From an uncultured archaeon (GTDB taxonomy: Archaea; Iainarchaeota; Iainarchaeia; Iainarchaeales; CSSED10-239): a stretch of DNA of 6,196 bases. The position numbers were made by a program, and so were the translations under genes. The stretch covers positions 13,266-19,461 of the forward strand of contig CAYXWT010000011.1 in assembly GCA_964468895.1 (NCBI GenBank), given 5' to 3'. Below are positions 6,180 through 6,196 of the stretch, one piece after another. The notes below the pieces were generated by a model, which ran no database searches, had not been told where the DNA came from, and saw nothing but the letters and a program-made list of their open reading frames with translations. The stretch's first letter is position 1. Each line of letters opens with the position of its first letter.

Positions 6180-6196
6180 TTATTTTAACTATTCTT

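Noticed and set aside
1-6196. Search for tRNA, rRNA, CRISPR repeats, transposase or integrase genes, or long direct or inverted repeats
   Set aside because: There is no locally G+C-enriched block of tRNA or sRNA size, no regularly spaced repeats, and no ORF with recombinase or transposase motifs. Every ORF longer than 90 aa is accounted for by a housekeeping family, apart from the HicA-like ORF.

Overview
This is a very AT-rich archaeal chromosomal segment (about a quarter G+C by eye, not computed). It is tightly packed with housekeeping and information-processing genes. From left to right: (1) a truncated minus-strand ORF that looks like the N-terminus of the primase large subunit PriL; (2) a 92-aa plus-strand ORF with HicA-like sequence features and no partner gene; (3) a minus-strand pair, thrS followed 15 nt later by a SpoIIM/DUF95-type membrane protein, whose 3' end overlaps the 92-aa ORF by 8 bp; (4) a 324-bp, almost G/C-free divergent spacer containing a perfect 20-bp palindrome; (5) a plus-strand run of csl4 (exosome cap), rpoL (Rpo11), an archaeal/ER-type signal peptidase and PCNA, with spacers of 31, 1 and 29 nt. 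I see no tRNA, rRNA, CRISPR array, transposase, integrase or long repeat. I also see no convincing evidence for a novel multi-gene system; the region reads as ordinary core genome of a small-genome, possibly DPANN-like, archaeon. The items most worth a second look are the orphan HicA-like ORF, the expanded SpoIIM-like membrane protein co-oriented with thrS, a Csl4 that has no in-frame ATG and apparently lacks the canonical N-terminal domain, a bacterial-type ThrRS in an archaeal context, and the palindrome-bearing spacer.
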